Made by a program: the position numbers and the translations under genes. Shown here piece by piece: positions 1-9,579 of a stretch of DNA of 39,442 nucleotides. The first letter of the stretch is position 1. Every line of letters begins with the position of its first letter. The notes beneath the pieces were generated by a model. The model searched no databases. It had not been told where the DNA came from and saw only the letters and a program-made list of their open reading frames with translations. The stretch is from a virus (lineage: Duplodnaviria > Caudoviricetes): the IMG/VR virus record IMGVR_UViG_3300042874_000072, positions 1-39,442 of that record. One strand, 5' to 3'.

Positions 1-183
1 ACAGGCGGGACAGGAGAAACTGTCTTAGTCGACGTATTTAATAGTACCACTTTTTCTGAATCGGTACAAGTCGCTACTTTCACGCAGTCAACTACTGAAA
101 GTTTTATTGAATCGGTAGTAAGTGATATATTCGTTCAGGCTGACCAAAGCATATTTACTGAAATCGACGCCGGAGAATTATAA
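1..183 (+). CDS. 3' end of a hypothetical protein (truncated by window start)
   Basis: Frame 1 is open from base 1 (TGGTGETVLVDVFNS...IDAGEL) to TAA at 181-183, which overlaps the next ATG. Confidence 0.6.
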   Translation, partial: TGGTGETVLVDVFNSTTFSESVQVATFTQSTTESFIESVVSDIFVQADQSIFTEIDAGEL

Positions 184-509
184 TGATAAAACTTGTAAAA
201 GGAAACTCTTGGTGGCGCGATTACAGCAGTAATGTGACTGCCGCATTCACAGCTGATTGGGCCACATCATCCTGGGCTATAGCCGCAGCGGATGCTGATT
301 TCGTAGCTGTAGCTCCATACACGGCATTATCGTCAGGAGTGATGACTATCAGTGCAACGACAACACATTTACAAGTTAGAATACCATCTGCATCTACTAT
401 GCTAGACCCTGGTAACTACGTCATAGCCTTACAGTTTAAAAACACAGTAACTGGATTTTGTCAAGAGCAGCATTTGGCATTAACAATCTTCCCGCAAGTA
501 ATTACGTAA
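183..509 (+). CDS. hypothetical protein, probable beta-sandwich virion-associated domain
   Basis: 108-aa ORF coupled to the upstream stop (TAATG); resembles the N-terminal half of 13240..13872. Confidence 0.6.
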   Translation: MIKLVKGNSWWRDYSSNVTAAFTADWATSSWAIAAADADFVAVAPYTALSSGVMTISATTTHLQVRIPSASTMLDPGNYVIALQFKNTVTGFCQEQHLALTIFPQVIT

Positions 510-513
510 GTGC

Positions 514-539
514 AAAATGTAAATAATCTACATTTCTGG
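514..539 (+). repeat. dispersed palindromic site, copy 1
   Basis: TAAG-TGC-AAAATGTA-AATAATC-TACATTTCTGG. Confidence 0.92.
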
Positions 540-547
540 GTGGCTAA

Positions 548-1972
548 ATGAACGAGTTTATTTACAACAAACTTTCCGAGTGGAGGAAAAGCCCACTTTT
601 GTTTGTGACTGAGTGTTTACAAGCTGTGCCTAGTGAGCAGCAAGCAGAGGCATTGGTAAGTTTTGACAAGAGTAAAAGGACTACTATACGATCTGGTCAC
701 GGCTGTGGAAAGAGTTCTTGCGCTAGTTGGCTAATACTGTGGTTTCTTTGTACCAGACCGTATGCCAAAGTAGCATGTACTGCACCGACAAGTAGGCAGT
801 TATCTGACATCCTTTGGTCAGAATTATCAAAGTGGCTGCGTAAGAGTATCTTAGCTGATGAATTTGTAATTCAGAAGGATAAACTGTTCCACAAGTCTGC
901 GCCTAAAGAATGGTGGGCTAGGGCTATTTCGCCGAGTGTTAAGGCCAGCAAAGATGAGCAGGCAGAGACACTAGCTGGACTTCACGGTGACCACCTTCTG
1001 ATTGTATGCGATGAGGCGTCTGGTATACCAGATCCTGTGTTTATTCCACTTGAGGGTGCAATGACGCAGGATGATAACAAGGTTTTACTTATTGGAAACC
1101 CTACTAGAAACACAGGCTATTTCTACGAAACGCATTTTAGAACTGGAGTAAGAGAAAACTGGAATAGGCTGCATTGGGACAGTAGGAAAAGTTCCAATGT
1201 AACTAAGGATATGGTAGACTACTTTGCGAAGAAATACGGAGTAGACTCGAATGTGTTTCGTATCAGGGTTATGGGTGAGCCGCCACTGGATAGTGAAAAC
1301 ACTCTTATACCCATGGCGTGGGCTATGCAGTGTATGGATAACGAAGTGGTTGTACCTGAAGACGAACCACTTTACCTTGGTGTAGATGTTGCTAGGTATG
1401 GAGAAGATAGTAGTGTTATACTCCCGCGTCAGGGGTTACTAATAAGCCCGTGGACTACTTACCAGGGTATGGATACAATTTCACTTGGTGGATTTATAAA
1501 CCAAGAGTATATTGAACAAGCAGCATCCGGTATAGCAATAGATGAAATAGGTGTAGGTGCAGGAGTTACGGACTGGCTAATGAAGCATGGGCATTTAAAA
1601 TGCTTTGGTGTTAATGTAGCCAGGGCTAGTAGTGATCTAGCAAAGTACGATAGACTACGTGATGAACTGTGGCTTCGTGTTCGTGATAAGTGTATGCGTA
1701 GCCAGTACCAATTTCCAGGCGGGGAGCTAGGGCAGTTACTCTGCGATGAGCTATCACAGCCTACTTACAGCTTTAACGCCCACGGCGGCATTAAGGTTGA
1801 AAGCAAAAGGGAGATGAAAACTCGTGGTGTTATGTCACCGAATATTGCTGACGCGCTTTGTCTTACTGAGTATTTTGCTCCTTTTTCCAATAGAGTGTTC
1901 GGGAGTAAGTCACCTAAAGATAAGAAAAAACTTAGATCGTCAGTATCACCTGATGCTTGGATGTACGCATAG
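548..1972 (+). CDS. terL: terminase large subunit
   Basis: Walker A RSGHGCGKS, Walker B LLIVCDEASG, coupling motif LLIGNP, RNase H-like nuclease motifs GVDVARYGED and SPNIADAL. Confidence 0.95.
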   Translation: MNEFIYNKLSEWRKSPLLFVTECLQAVPSEQQAEALVSFDKSKRTTIRSGHGCGKSSCASWLILWFLCTRPYAKVACTAPTSRQLSDILWSELSKWLRKSILADEFVIQKDKLFHKSAPKEWWARAISPSVKASKDEQAETLAGLHGDHLLIVCDEASGIPDPVFIPLEGAMTQDDNKVLLIGNPTRNTGYFYETHFRTGVRENWNRLHWDSRKSSNVTKDMVDYFAKKYGVDSNVFRIRVMGEPPLDSENTLIPMAWAMQCMDNEVVVPEDEPLYLGVDVARYGEDSSVILPRQGLLISPWTTYQGMDTISLGGFINQEYIEQAASGIAIDEIGVGAGVTDWLMKHGHLKCFGVNVARASSDLAKYDRLRDELWLRVRDKCMRSQYQFPGGELGQLLCDELSQPTYSFNAHGGIKVESKREMKTRGVMSPNIADALCLTEYFAPFSNRVFGSKSPKDKKKLRSSVSPDAWMYA

Positions 1973-1982
1973 GAGGGTAGTT

Positions 1983-2561
1983 ATGAAATTTATGCCTGAT
2001 AAGTTAGCGGTGTCGACAGACAAAGTAAAAGATAAGTCAGGGTACTATGACCGCGAAGGTGCGGATAGGATAGAAAAAATTCACGAAGTTTTTAAAAATA
2101 TGTCTGGATCCATTACGCAGGGAAAAGCAGAAAGTAGTGGCCTGCGTGAACAGGATATAATGAAGGGTGTTGGCATAAAGGAAACTGGTTTAGGCACCAG
2201 TAAAAGAGGGTATGTATATAACTTTGACGATAGTGAAGAGCAGAAAAAATATAAAGGCCAGGCTATGGTAAGAGGTAAAAATATTGCACTGGTAGCTGCT
2301 ATGAAACAAAAAGCTAGTGATATTGCAAAACCTGGGTTTCTGTTTAAATTAAGCGCGCCAACGTTTGCGAAAAAAGAACTTCAGCACGAAATGGACAGTA
2401 TTAAAAAAGATACTGATATAGCAGCTGGTTTCACAGTTATGCAAGACAAAATGAGTAGAAGTAAAAATTTACGTGAAGGTCTTCAAGCTTGGCGTGGCCG
2501 AGGAAAAGAAAAAGCGTACCATTCTGATGTTATCGCACTTGCGAAGAGTATAAAGAATTAG
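1983..2561 (+). CDS. putative lytic transglycosylase (SLT/lysozyme-like fold)
   Basis: AGGAGG RBS before ATG 1983; IMKGVGIKETG (candidate catalytic Glu), DIAAGFTVM, GLQAWRG and AYHSDV follow the SLT motif order. Confidence 0.55.
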   Translation: MKFMPDKLAVSTDKVKDKSGYYDREGADRIEKIHEVFKNMSGSITQGKAESSGLREQDIMKGVGIKETGLGTSKRGYVYNFDDSEEQKKYKGQAMVRGKNIALVAAMKQKASDIAKPGFLFKLSAPTFAKKELQHEMDSIKKDTDIAAGFTVMQDKMSRSKNLREGLQAWRGRGKEKAYHSDVIALAKSIKN

Positions 2562-2571
2562 GGGTGTATAT

Positions 2572-4482
2572 ATGGCAGCTGAACTTACACAATCGTTAGT
2601 ATGGCTTAGCGAAGCCGAACGCTCTTTGCCTGAGTCTACTGCACGCAAAGTCGGAATGGAAGATTATCGTTTTTACGCTGGGCGGCAGGACAGCCAGGAT
2701 GTGATTGAAAAGCTGGCAGAGCAAAAGCGTCCGGCTACAGTGTATAACGAGGTTAAGCCTAAGATAGACATGCTTATAGGCTTAGCAGCGCAGAGTAAGC
2801 ATGAGCCCGTTTTACTTCCGGTCGGTGGTGAAGATGAGGCATTTGTTCAGCTAATGCAGAGTGCAATGAAGTATTACCGTAAACAAACAAAGTTGACGCG
2901 CAAAGAACTAGAATGTTTTGCGCATACAGTTAAGTGCGGCCGCAGTCTTTTGCATTTTTGGGTTGATATAGCTAATCCGTACGACCCGAAGATAAAAGCA
3001 GTACGCATACCTACGTATAATTTTTACATCGATAGTAATAGTAAAGAGTATGATCTTAGTGATGCCAGATTTTTGTTTATGGACAAATGGCTGGAAGCTA
3101 ACGAGATAGCGTTTAGGTTTGGAACTGACGAAGAAGAAGTAAAACAGATGGCTATGTACAGCGGGTCATTTGGCAACAGCTACGGTAGTACTACAAATTT
3201 TACGGATATGCCAGTGTTCTTTAACGAAGGCCGTAGGAAGTATAGGCTAGTTGAAAACTGGTATTACATGTACGAAAAGTTTATATATGTGTTGAACCCT
3301 GTTAGTGGAAAGCCCGAGCGTATGTGCGTAGATATGTTTGGTAAGTTTAAGGAAGCTATGTTGTCAGGTATTGATACACCTAAAGGAAGGGTTAAAATAT
3401 CTACAGTTGATGAACTACAACCTGTTGATTCTTTTGACAAGCAGTACTACTACCGCATTTTCAGTGGTGAGAAAGAGTACGCCGGTGGGAAAAGCCCTTA
3501 TAAGTACCAAGGTTACCCATGTGCTTTTTACGGAGCTTACAATGACGAAGATGAAAATACATGGTTTTCGGCTGTCAAGATGCAGAAAGACCCTCAAAAA
3601 GCTCTTAACACGATGCGTAGACAGTTACAGCATCTTCTCCAGACTTTACCAAAAGGAATACTTGCGCATGAGGCGGGAGCTATTATAAACATCGAGGAGT
3701 ATGAACAGAGAAGTGCAGAGCCTAATTTTCATTTGGAACTTACTGGAGGCGGGCTGGATAAGTTTAAATTCATTCAACAACCTCAAATAAGTCCTATTTA
3801 TCAGACTATTGATGTTACAATGTCGCAGTCAATGAAAGACGCATCAGGTATACAAAATGAAATGATGGGAGTGCAAACTACATCAAGAGAACCTGGCGTA
3901 ACCGTACGGCAAAGGCAGGAAACAGGACTTGCTGTGTTGTATAGCCTGTACGATAATTTTAAGGAGTCGCGGTTGCAGGGTGACAAGATACTGCTAGGCC
4001 TAGTGCAACAGTACGTTACTACCGAAAAAGTTATGCGTATAGAAGGAACCGATGGCATAAATCTTATAAGTGTAAACACTCAAACGAATCCGCAGCTTGC
4101 AGGATTTAATGATATTTCAGCTGGGGAGTTTGACGTTGAAATTTCTGAGCAGATAGAAAGCCCGACGCAAAGAGCTACAACGGCGCAGATATTGACTGAG
4201 TTTAGTCAAAACAATCCTGGTGCCATACCGCCAGAGGTTATTCTTGATTACCTGGATGCGCCGTACACAGTAAAACAGCAAATAAAAGAGTATCGTGCGC
4301 AACAGCAGGAGGCAGCGGAAAAGCAAGCCGAAACCGAATTACAGTTGAAGTTACTTGAACTGGAGATAAAGGCAAACGGTGTTGAGTATAAAAAGGAGAT
4401 AGAAGAAATAAAGGCCAGAAGTATGAGTAAGACTAAACAGACTGGAGGTGCAAATGGCAACAGCGGGAAGCAAAAAAAGTAG
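2572..4482 (+). CDS. portal protein (P22/N4-like)
   Basis: 636 aa downstream of terL; FYAGRQ, YNEVKPKID, KDPQKALN and GVTVRQRQ segments plus a C-terminal coiled coil typical of podovirus portals. Confidence 0.9.
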   Translation: MAAELTQSLVWLSEAERSLPESTARKVGMEDYRFYAGRQDSQDVIEKLAEQKRPATVYNEVKPKIDMLIGLAAQSKHEPVLLPVGGEDEAFVQLMQSAMKYYRKQTKLTRKELECFAHTVKCGRSLLHFWVDIANPYDPKIKAVRIPTYNFYIDSNSKEYDLSDARFLFMDKWLEANEIAFRFGTDEEEVKQMAMYSGSFGNSYGSTTNFTDMPVFFNEGRRKYRLVENWYYMYEKFIYVLNPVSGKPERMCVDMFGKFKEAMLSGIDTPKGRVKISTVDELQPVDSFDKQYYYRIFSGEKEYAGGKSPYKYQGYPCAFYGAYNDEDENTWFSAVKMQKDPQKALNTMRRQLQHLLQTLPKGILAHEAGAIINIEEYEQRSAEPNFHLELTGGGLDKFKFIQQPQISPIYQTIDVTMSQSMKDASGIQNEMMGVQTTSREPGVTVRQRQETGLAVLYSLYDNFKESRLQGDKILLGLVQQYVTTEKVMRIEGTDGINLISVNTQTNPQLAGFNDISAGEFDVEISEQIESPTQRATTAQILTEFSQNNPGAIPPEVILDYLDAPYTVKQQIKEYRAQQQEAAEKQAETELQLKLLELEIKANGVEYKKEIEEIKARSMSKTKQTGGANGNSGKQKK

Positions 4483-4660
4483 CCTTTGGGAAGGTGTAAA
4501 AGAGACAGTTGTTAAAGCAGCTAAAACTGCGGTAGGCCCTGCGGAGGTGAAGGCAAAAAGTGCTGACGACGTGGCAAAGCCGGACTGGTACGGCCAGCCG
4601 GCGAGTTGGAAAAAGAACGCAGCAGATAAGAAGAAAGCACTAACTGAAAGTCAAAACTAA
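4454..4660 (+). CDS. small basic hypothetical protein
   Basis: GGAGG RBS before ATG 4454; lies between portal and scaffold. Confidence 0.55.
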   Translation: MATAGSKKSSLWEGVKETVVKAAKTAVGPAEVKAKSADDVAKPDWYGQPASWKKNAADKKKALTESQN

Positions 4661-4672
4661 AAGGAGTTTATC

Positions 4673-5533
4673 ATGTCCACTGTAGCTACGGAAATCGTGC
4701 AAGAGGCAGATGTTGTTAACCCATTATTCGCTGCGCTTGACTCTCCGCAAGATGTTGACGTTGACGTTACCGCTGGTGTTGATGTTGATCAGGTAACAGT
4801 AGAAGACAATACAGGTACAACTGCTAGTACTGAGCAAACAGGCCTTGCGGTAAAGACAGAGCAGGTCGCCACACCTGACGCAGATCAGACCCAAGAGCCA
4901 CAATCTGAGATTGTTCAATTACGGCAATTACTCAGAAGCCAAAAAGTAGAACTTGAGGTGCTCAAGAACACAGTTAGTAGGCATGACCAAGTACAAAAAG
5001 GAGACATTGGAGATGATGTTCCATTGTCAGATCTGGAGCAGCTGCAGAATGACATCGCGGAACTTAGTTCGGCCAGAGGTTCTGAGATAACCAATCTTCT
5101 CGAGATGATGGAGCTGACACCTAAGTACGAAGATGTGAGAGCTGTGTGTACTCGCCAAAACTTTGATGACATTTTGGAACTAGCCTCAGTTGAGGTAGCT
5201 AAAGCCAAAGGTATCAATGAAACAGTAGCACTGCTGGAATTGGAAAAAGAAGTCTGGGCACAGGGGAATCCGTATAGGTATATGTATGAGCTTATCAAGA
5301 CATATCACCCTCGCTTCACAGTTAAAACCGATACGCCGGCAGTAGTAAATGATACTACAAAGCCAGTTCCAGTTGCGCACAAAGCACCTGTTAGTATCGC
5401 GTCTATTGCTGGTGGTGACGGTGGAATTACTGAGGGTTGGACATCAAGCAAGATTGATGCATTAGCAGAGTCTGATCTTGGTAAAGTACCTGCGGATATT
5501 TATGAAAAGTACTTGCAAGGAACACTTGCGTAA
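4673..5533 (+). CDS. capsid scaffolding protein
   Basis: Acidic low-complexity N-terminus, coiled coil, position directly before the capsid gene; AAGGAG RBS. Confidence 0.75.
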   Translation: MSTVATEIVQEADVVNPLFAALDSPQDVDVDVTAGVDVDQVTVEDNTGTTASTEQTGLAVKTEQVATPDADQTQEPQSEIVQLRQLLRSQKVELEVLKNTVSRHDQVQKGDIGDDVPLSDLEQLQNDIAELSSARGSEITNLLEMMELTPKYEDVRAVCTRQNFDDILELASVEVAKAKGINETVALLELEKEVWAQGNPYRYMYELIKTYHPRFTVKTDTPAVVNDTTKPVPVAHKAPVSIASIAGGDGGITEGWTSSKIDALAESDLGKVPADIYEKYLQGTLA

Positions 5534-5549
5534 CTGAAAGGAAAACATC

Positions 5550-6620
5550 ATGGCAGATCCAAAAACACAGTTTTTAACTAATGATCCACTTACCAGGAAA
5601 CGCTGGGCGCGAGACCTATTCCAGGTAATTCTTCCAAACGTCGAGTTTAATGACCTTATTGGCACAGGCTCTGACGCAATCGTACAGACCAGAACTGAAC
5701 TGGGTAAAGGTGAAGGTGACAATATCAAGTTCGGTATTCGTTTGCCGTTGACTGGTGAAGGCGTTGTTGGTAATGATACTCTGGAAGGTAATGAAGAAAA
5801 GCTTCGCTTCCGTGACTTCAGTATGACAATTGAAGAATTGAATCATGCTGTCGATACTGGTGGCAAAATGGAAGAGCAAAGAATTCCGTACAACTTGATG
5901 CAAGAAGGTAAAAATGCTCTGCAGGATTGGTGGAGCCAGAAACTGTCTGACGTTCTTATCAATACTCTGGCTGGCAATTCCGCTTACCGTGTGGCAGGTA
6001 AGGTGTTTGCTCAGGCCATTACTGAACCAGACAGTTACCATATGGTAACTCCAGGTAGTAAAGCAGAATCTGTACTTACCGTCGGTGATGAAATGACTCT
6101 GGATGTTCTGGATAAGATGAAGCAGCAAGCAGAGCTAATGAACAAAATTGGTGGGTACAAGATTCGCGGTTCTAACAAAGGTGGTAAGACCTATTACCAA
6201 GTCCTAATGCACAACTACGTATTTGACCAACTGCGTAAAAACGTAAACATTGGTCAGTGGGGAGATCTGCTTCGCAGCGCCGGTAAACTTGGTATGCCGC
6301 AGATTGAACTGGAGTACAACGGCATGCTGATTCGTCGGTCAGAGCGCTTGCCTATGACCTACGGCGCAGCTGGTGCTGGTTCTTACCGTACGCTGCTGCT
6401 GGGTTCACAAGCCGCCTGTTTTGCGTGGGGCGGTGCTGGTGAGTCCAAATCTACCACTATGTCATTTACTCCGTACACCCGCGACGCCGAGCGTTTTGTA
6501 ATGGTGCGAGGTGGTGGTATCTTCGGCATTAAGAAGACGCAATTCGACACCGCTGGCGCAGGCGTACAGGACTATGGTTGTTTGGTCGGTTCTACTTACG
6601 CAACTCCGCTGTCAGCATAA
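5550..6620 (+). CDS. major capsid protein (N4-gp56/DUF4043-like)
   Basis: 356 aa; ELGKGEGDNIKF, GVVGNDTLEGNEEKL, LLLGSQAACFAWG and GIKKTQF...DYG match this capsid family. Confidence 0.9.
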   Translation: MADPKTQFLTNDPLTRKRWARDLFQVILPNVEFNDLIGTGSDAIVQTRTELGKGEGDNIKFGIRLPLTGEGVVGNDTLEGNEEKLRFRDFSMTIEELNHAVDTGGKMEEQRIPYNLMQEGKNALQDWWSQKLSDVLINTLAGNSAYRVAGKVFAQAITEPDSYHMVTPGSKAESVLTVGDEMTLDVLDKMKQQAELMNKIGGYKIRGSNKGGKTYYQVLMHNYVFDQLRKNVNIGQWGDLLRSAGKLGMPQIELEYNGMLIRRSERLPMTYGAAGAGSYRTLLLGSQAACFAWGGAGESKSTTMSFTPYTRDAERFVMVRGGGIFGIKKTQFDTAGAGVQDYGCLVGSTYATPLSA

Positions 6621-6639
6621 CACGTAAAGGAGAAACACT

Positions 6640-7044
6640 ATGGCTAACGTAGCCAAACCCTGCAATGCCTACGCTGGTGGAGAAGCACTGCGTTGGGCCA
6701 AAAGCCGGTATGTTACAACCGCTGATGGTGACAACACATACCTGGTGATTCCAGTACCAAAAAAGGCTCTTGTAACAAGAGTACTGTTGGACACTAAAAC
6801 AGGTCTAACCGCCGCCGGAACAGTAGCAGTTGGCTTTACTGGAAACGGTGAATCACAGTCTAATACTTATTTCAAAGCAGCAGCATTGGTGTCTACTGCA
6901 GGTATTACCGAGTGCGTAGCTACTGGTGCCGGTAATAAGTATTTTGAAACTGCTGGCGGTTCAATCACAATCACACTTGCTAAAAGTACATCGGTAACAG
7001 ATTTTGAAGGCCGTCTGCTTATCGAGTACACAGTATTATACTAG
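6640..7044 (+). CDS. putative capsid decoration/cement protein
   Basis: 134-aa beta-rich protein directly after the capsid gene, with a strong RBS. Confidence 0.55.
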   Translation: MANVAKPCNAYAGGEALRWAKSRYVTTADGDNTYLVIPVPKKALVTRVLLDTKTGLTAAGTVAVGFTGNGESQSNTYFKAAALVSTAGITECVATGAGNKYFETAGGSITITLAKSTSVTDFEGRLLIEYTVLY

Positions 7045-7054
7045 GAGGTAGTAA

Positions 7055-7516
7055 ATGGCTGCAAGCACTGCTGATAACCAACGCAACGATGTCAGGATTC
7101 AGACTCTTGAGAATCCTTATTGGCTTACCGGCCCGGAACTGGGCGTAAGCGAGCTTAAAAACAAAAAGTGCGTAATTGCGCTTTTGAAACCTGGTGCGTA
7201 CCAAGTACAGGAGCTGTTTTATGACTTTGTAACTGCCCTGGCCGGTGTAGCTAGCATTGATGTTACTATTGCAGGGATTTTGCCGGCTGACATAAGCAAC
7301 GGTGTAGTTGCTGCCGGAGCTGTACTGCAAAACGAAACTACACTTAAACTTGCGACAAGTGCTACTGGGTTTGGCGCAATCTCCGATGTAAACTTCGTAT
7401 CAGCAACTAACTACGTAGCAATTATTGTTAAGGAGCTGACAGCTACTCCAGATACAATGACCAATGGTAAGGTACGTGTTAATGCTTTGCTGACAAAAGT
7501 ACCTGCGTATCTGTAA
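7055..7516 (+). CDS. putative minor capsid/decoration protein
   Basis: 153-aa beta-rich protein in the capsid operon, upstream of a terminator. Confidence 0.5.
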   Translation: MAASTADNQRNDVRIQTLENPYWLTGPELGVSELKNKKCVIALLKPGAYQVQELFYDFVTALAGVASIDVTIAGILPADISNGVVAAGAVLQNETTLKLATSATGFGAISDVNFVSATNYVAIIVKELTATPDTMTNGKVRVNALLTKVPAYL

Positions 7517-7525
7517 ATAACTGAC

Positions 7526-7562
7526 GGGTGGTAGGTAGCTGCGGTTGCCTACCGCCCAGTTT
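7526..7562 (+). terminator. hairpin terminator after head genes
   Basis: 14-bp stem GGGTGGTAGGTAGC/GTTGCCTACCGCCC with G-U pairs, TGCG loop, then AGTTT. Confidence 0.7.
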
Positions 7563-7588
7563 AAAATGTAAATAATCTACATTTCTGG
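7563..7588 (+). repeat. dispersed palindromic site, copy 2
   Basis: CCAG-TTT-AAAATGTA-AATAATC-TACATTTCTGG. Confidence 0.92.
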
Positions 7589-7596
7589 GGGATGTC

Positions 7597-8241
7597 ATGA
7601 CGTACAGTGAGTTGGTTACAGAGACTATGAGTATGGTGCAGGACAGTAATAGGTACGAAGAAATACTCACGTATGTAAACATGGCTCTTGCTGAAGCTAC
7701 AACTGAGGTTATGCTGCCGGAGTTTAAATGCGCTGGTACTGTTAGTACTGCGGTAGACGCGCCGTTTGTAGCGCTACAGATTCAACCTGACAGATACGTG
7801 GCGGGTATTGTAAAGCTGTTCGGTGCGGCTATGGCTGATGTTAAAATTTACCTTTCGCTGGATGATATGATTGTTAGTGAAAGTATTGAGGATGTACTTA
7901 CAACTGGCGACGCTGTTGTAGCTGTTGCTGTAGAGGGCAGTAATTTATGGTACTACCCAATACCAACAACACCAGTTACATTTGCATTCATTTACTATAC
8001 AACGCATCCAAAGCTTGTTGATGTGTCTGATAGTGTCACGTTATTTCCAGACTATATTCAACGTCTTGCCATTTGTGCTAAAGCAGCATCTATGTGTTTT
8101 GACAAAGTTGAGGATGGCGTAGACGGGGAGAAGGTAAACACAACTGCGTATGAGTTAAAAGGTAAAGAAGGTATTCAAAAACTGCATGAGTGGGTTGGTA
8201 AGAATAGGCGGCATTTCATTTCTAGTACGTGGGGTGAATAA
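7597..8241 (+). CDS. head-tail adaptor protein
   Basis: MTYSELVTE...YVNMALAE N-terminus and LWYYPIP...FPDY motifs are typical of podovirus adaptors; synteny. Confidence 0.7.
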   Translation: MTYSELVTETMSMVQDSNRYEEILTYVNMALAEATTEVMLPEFKCAGTVSTAVDAPFVALQIQPDRYVAGIVKLFGAAMADVKIYLSLDDMIVSESIEDVLTTGDAVVAVAVEGSNLWYYPIPTTPVTFAFIYYTTHPKLVDVSDSVTLFPDYIQRLAICAKAASMCFDKVEDGVDGEKVNTTAYELKGKEGIQKLHEWVGKNRRHFISSTWGE

Positions 8242-9578
8242 TGAAAGCTATTCCTGTATTTACTAAGTCACTTGGCTTAAACGACATGCGAGGTGGTACT
8301 GCAGCGCGGGTTAATTACGACACTGGCGAGTGCGAGTTACAAGAATGTTTTGGCGTTTCTGTTAGTAGTGATGGTGCGCTGGTGCTGGCTAATGGCGCAG
8401 TAGTTACGAACATAACTTTTGATAGTGCTGTTGTAAGTATATCATACAGTTCACGGCTTGTTGTGCACGCTGGTACGGGATTGTATGTTGTAAATAACTG
8501 GGATACACCACAACCAACTGCTGTAAAGATAGCCACTGTGGTTGCTGCTACAATACCTGTTGTACATACTAACCTAGACTTTAGGTATTGCGATGGAAGT
8601 AATGTATTTGTCGTACTGAATGGAAGTAACGTCGCAGTAGCAGCAGCGGCTGGAGTATATCCAGGGCCGGTTACAACTGTAACGTATAGCGCAATGCCTG
8701 CGTTTGACGGAGGCTTTGTGTATAATGGTATACTGTACGTGTGGAAAGGTGAGTTTGTTTTACATTCCATGCCTTGGGCGTATGACTGCTGGAATATTGC
8801 AAATGACTTCCTGTGGCTGGGCGGTACAATACTGAACGGTGTGGCCGGGACAGATGCTATCGTTTTTACAAAAGCGTCTGAAGTAGTAACACTTGTTGGT
8901 TCCAGCACACAAGATTTTGTTTACGTAGTGAGTAGTGTAGAGTATGTAACTAATTCATTGGCTGTAGCCAGTAGAGTAACGGCCGATCGTTGTTTTTACT
9001 TGCTAGGTCTGGACGGAGTATATGAAGTATCAAGTGGCTCTGAGTGGAAAGCACGTAATGTAACTATTGATAAAGTTGAAAGTAGTTTTTGGCTGACTGC
9101 AACCGGAGCAGTTGCGCAGTCTACTATTTACCACGTCCAAGGTGTGCCTTATTCAATTGACTTTGATATTGCATCTGCGGGAGTTTACAAAATACCTGCG
9201 GAGGAAGCAGTACCTGTTTGTGCAGTTGGTACGCAAGTAGTTACGTCGTATGGAACATCTATTGCAGTTTTTGGCAAAGTTCCTAACGAAGCAGTCATTA
9301 CTTTTCCAAAGCTTGACTTTGCTATACCAAATTTGAAAAGGCTCCAGGCACTTACGATATCTGGTGTTATGGTAGGTGATCTTACTGTAAGTGTGCAAAC
9401 AGAATCCGGGTCAATCATTTCTAGCATGGCATCGTTTACTGGCCTTGTAGACAGCTATAAGTTTAAGGAGTTTAAGTTACTTAAGGGCAATTCATTCACA
9501 GTTACTTTTGTGTTCGATGGTGAATATTTTATGCTGTCTAAAGTCTTTGCGTATGTCACAGCTCTAGCAGGGGTATGA
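8241..9578 (+). CDS. tail nozzle/stabilisation protein (tubular B-like beta-propeller)
   Basis: Coupled to the adaptor gene; FTKSLGLN start, all-beta composition, C-terminal KRLQAL...GNSFTV. Confidence 0.6.
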   Translation: MKAIPVFTKSLGLNDMRGGTAARVNYDTGECELQECFGVSVSSDGALVLANGAVVTNITFDSAVVSISYSSRLVVHAGTGLYVVNNWDTPQPTAVKIATVVAATIPVVHTNLDFRYCDGSNVFVVLNGSNVAVAAAAGVYPGPVTTVTYSAMPAFDGGFVYNGILYVWKGEFVLHSMPWAYDCWNIANDFLWLGGTILNGVAGTDAIVFTKASEVVTLVGSSTQDFVYVVSSVEYVTNSLAVASRVTADRCFYLLGLDGVYEVSSGSEWKARNVTIDKVESSFWLTATGAVAQSTIYHVQGVPYSIDFDIASAGVYKIPAEEAVPVCAVGTQVVTSYGTSIAVFGKVPNEAVITFPKLDFAIPNLKRLQALTISGVMVGDLTVSVQTESGSIISSMASFTGLVDSYKFKEFKLLKGNSFTVTFVFDGEYFMLSKVFAYVTALAGV

Positions 9579-9579
9579 T

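Noticed and set aside
1824-1982. Long N-terminal extension of the ORF after terL
   Set aside because: It overlaps terL by ~150 bp, and a clear AGGAGG RBS precedes ATG 1983
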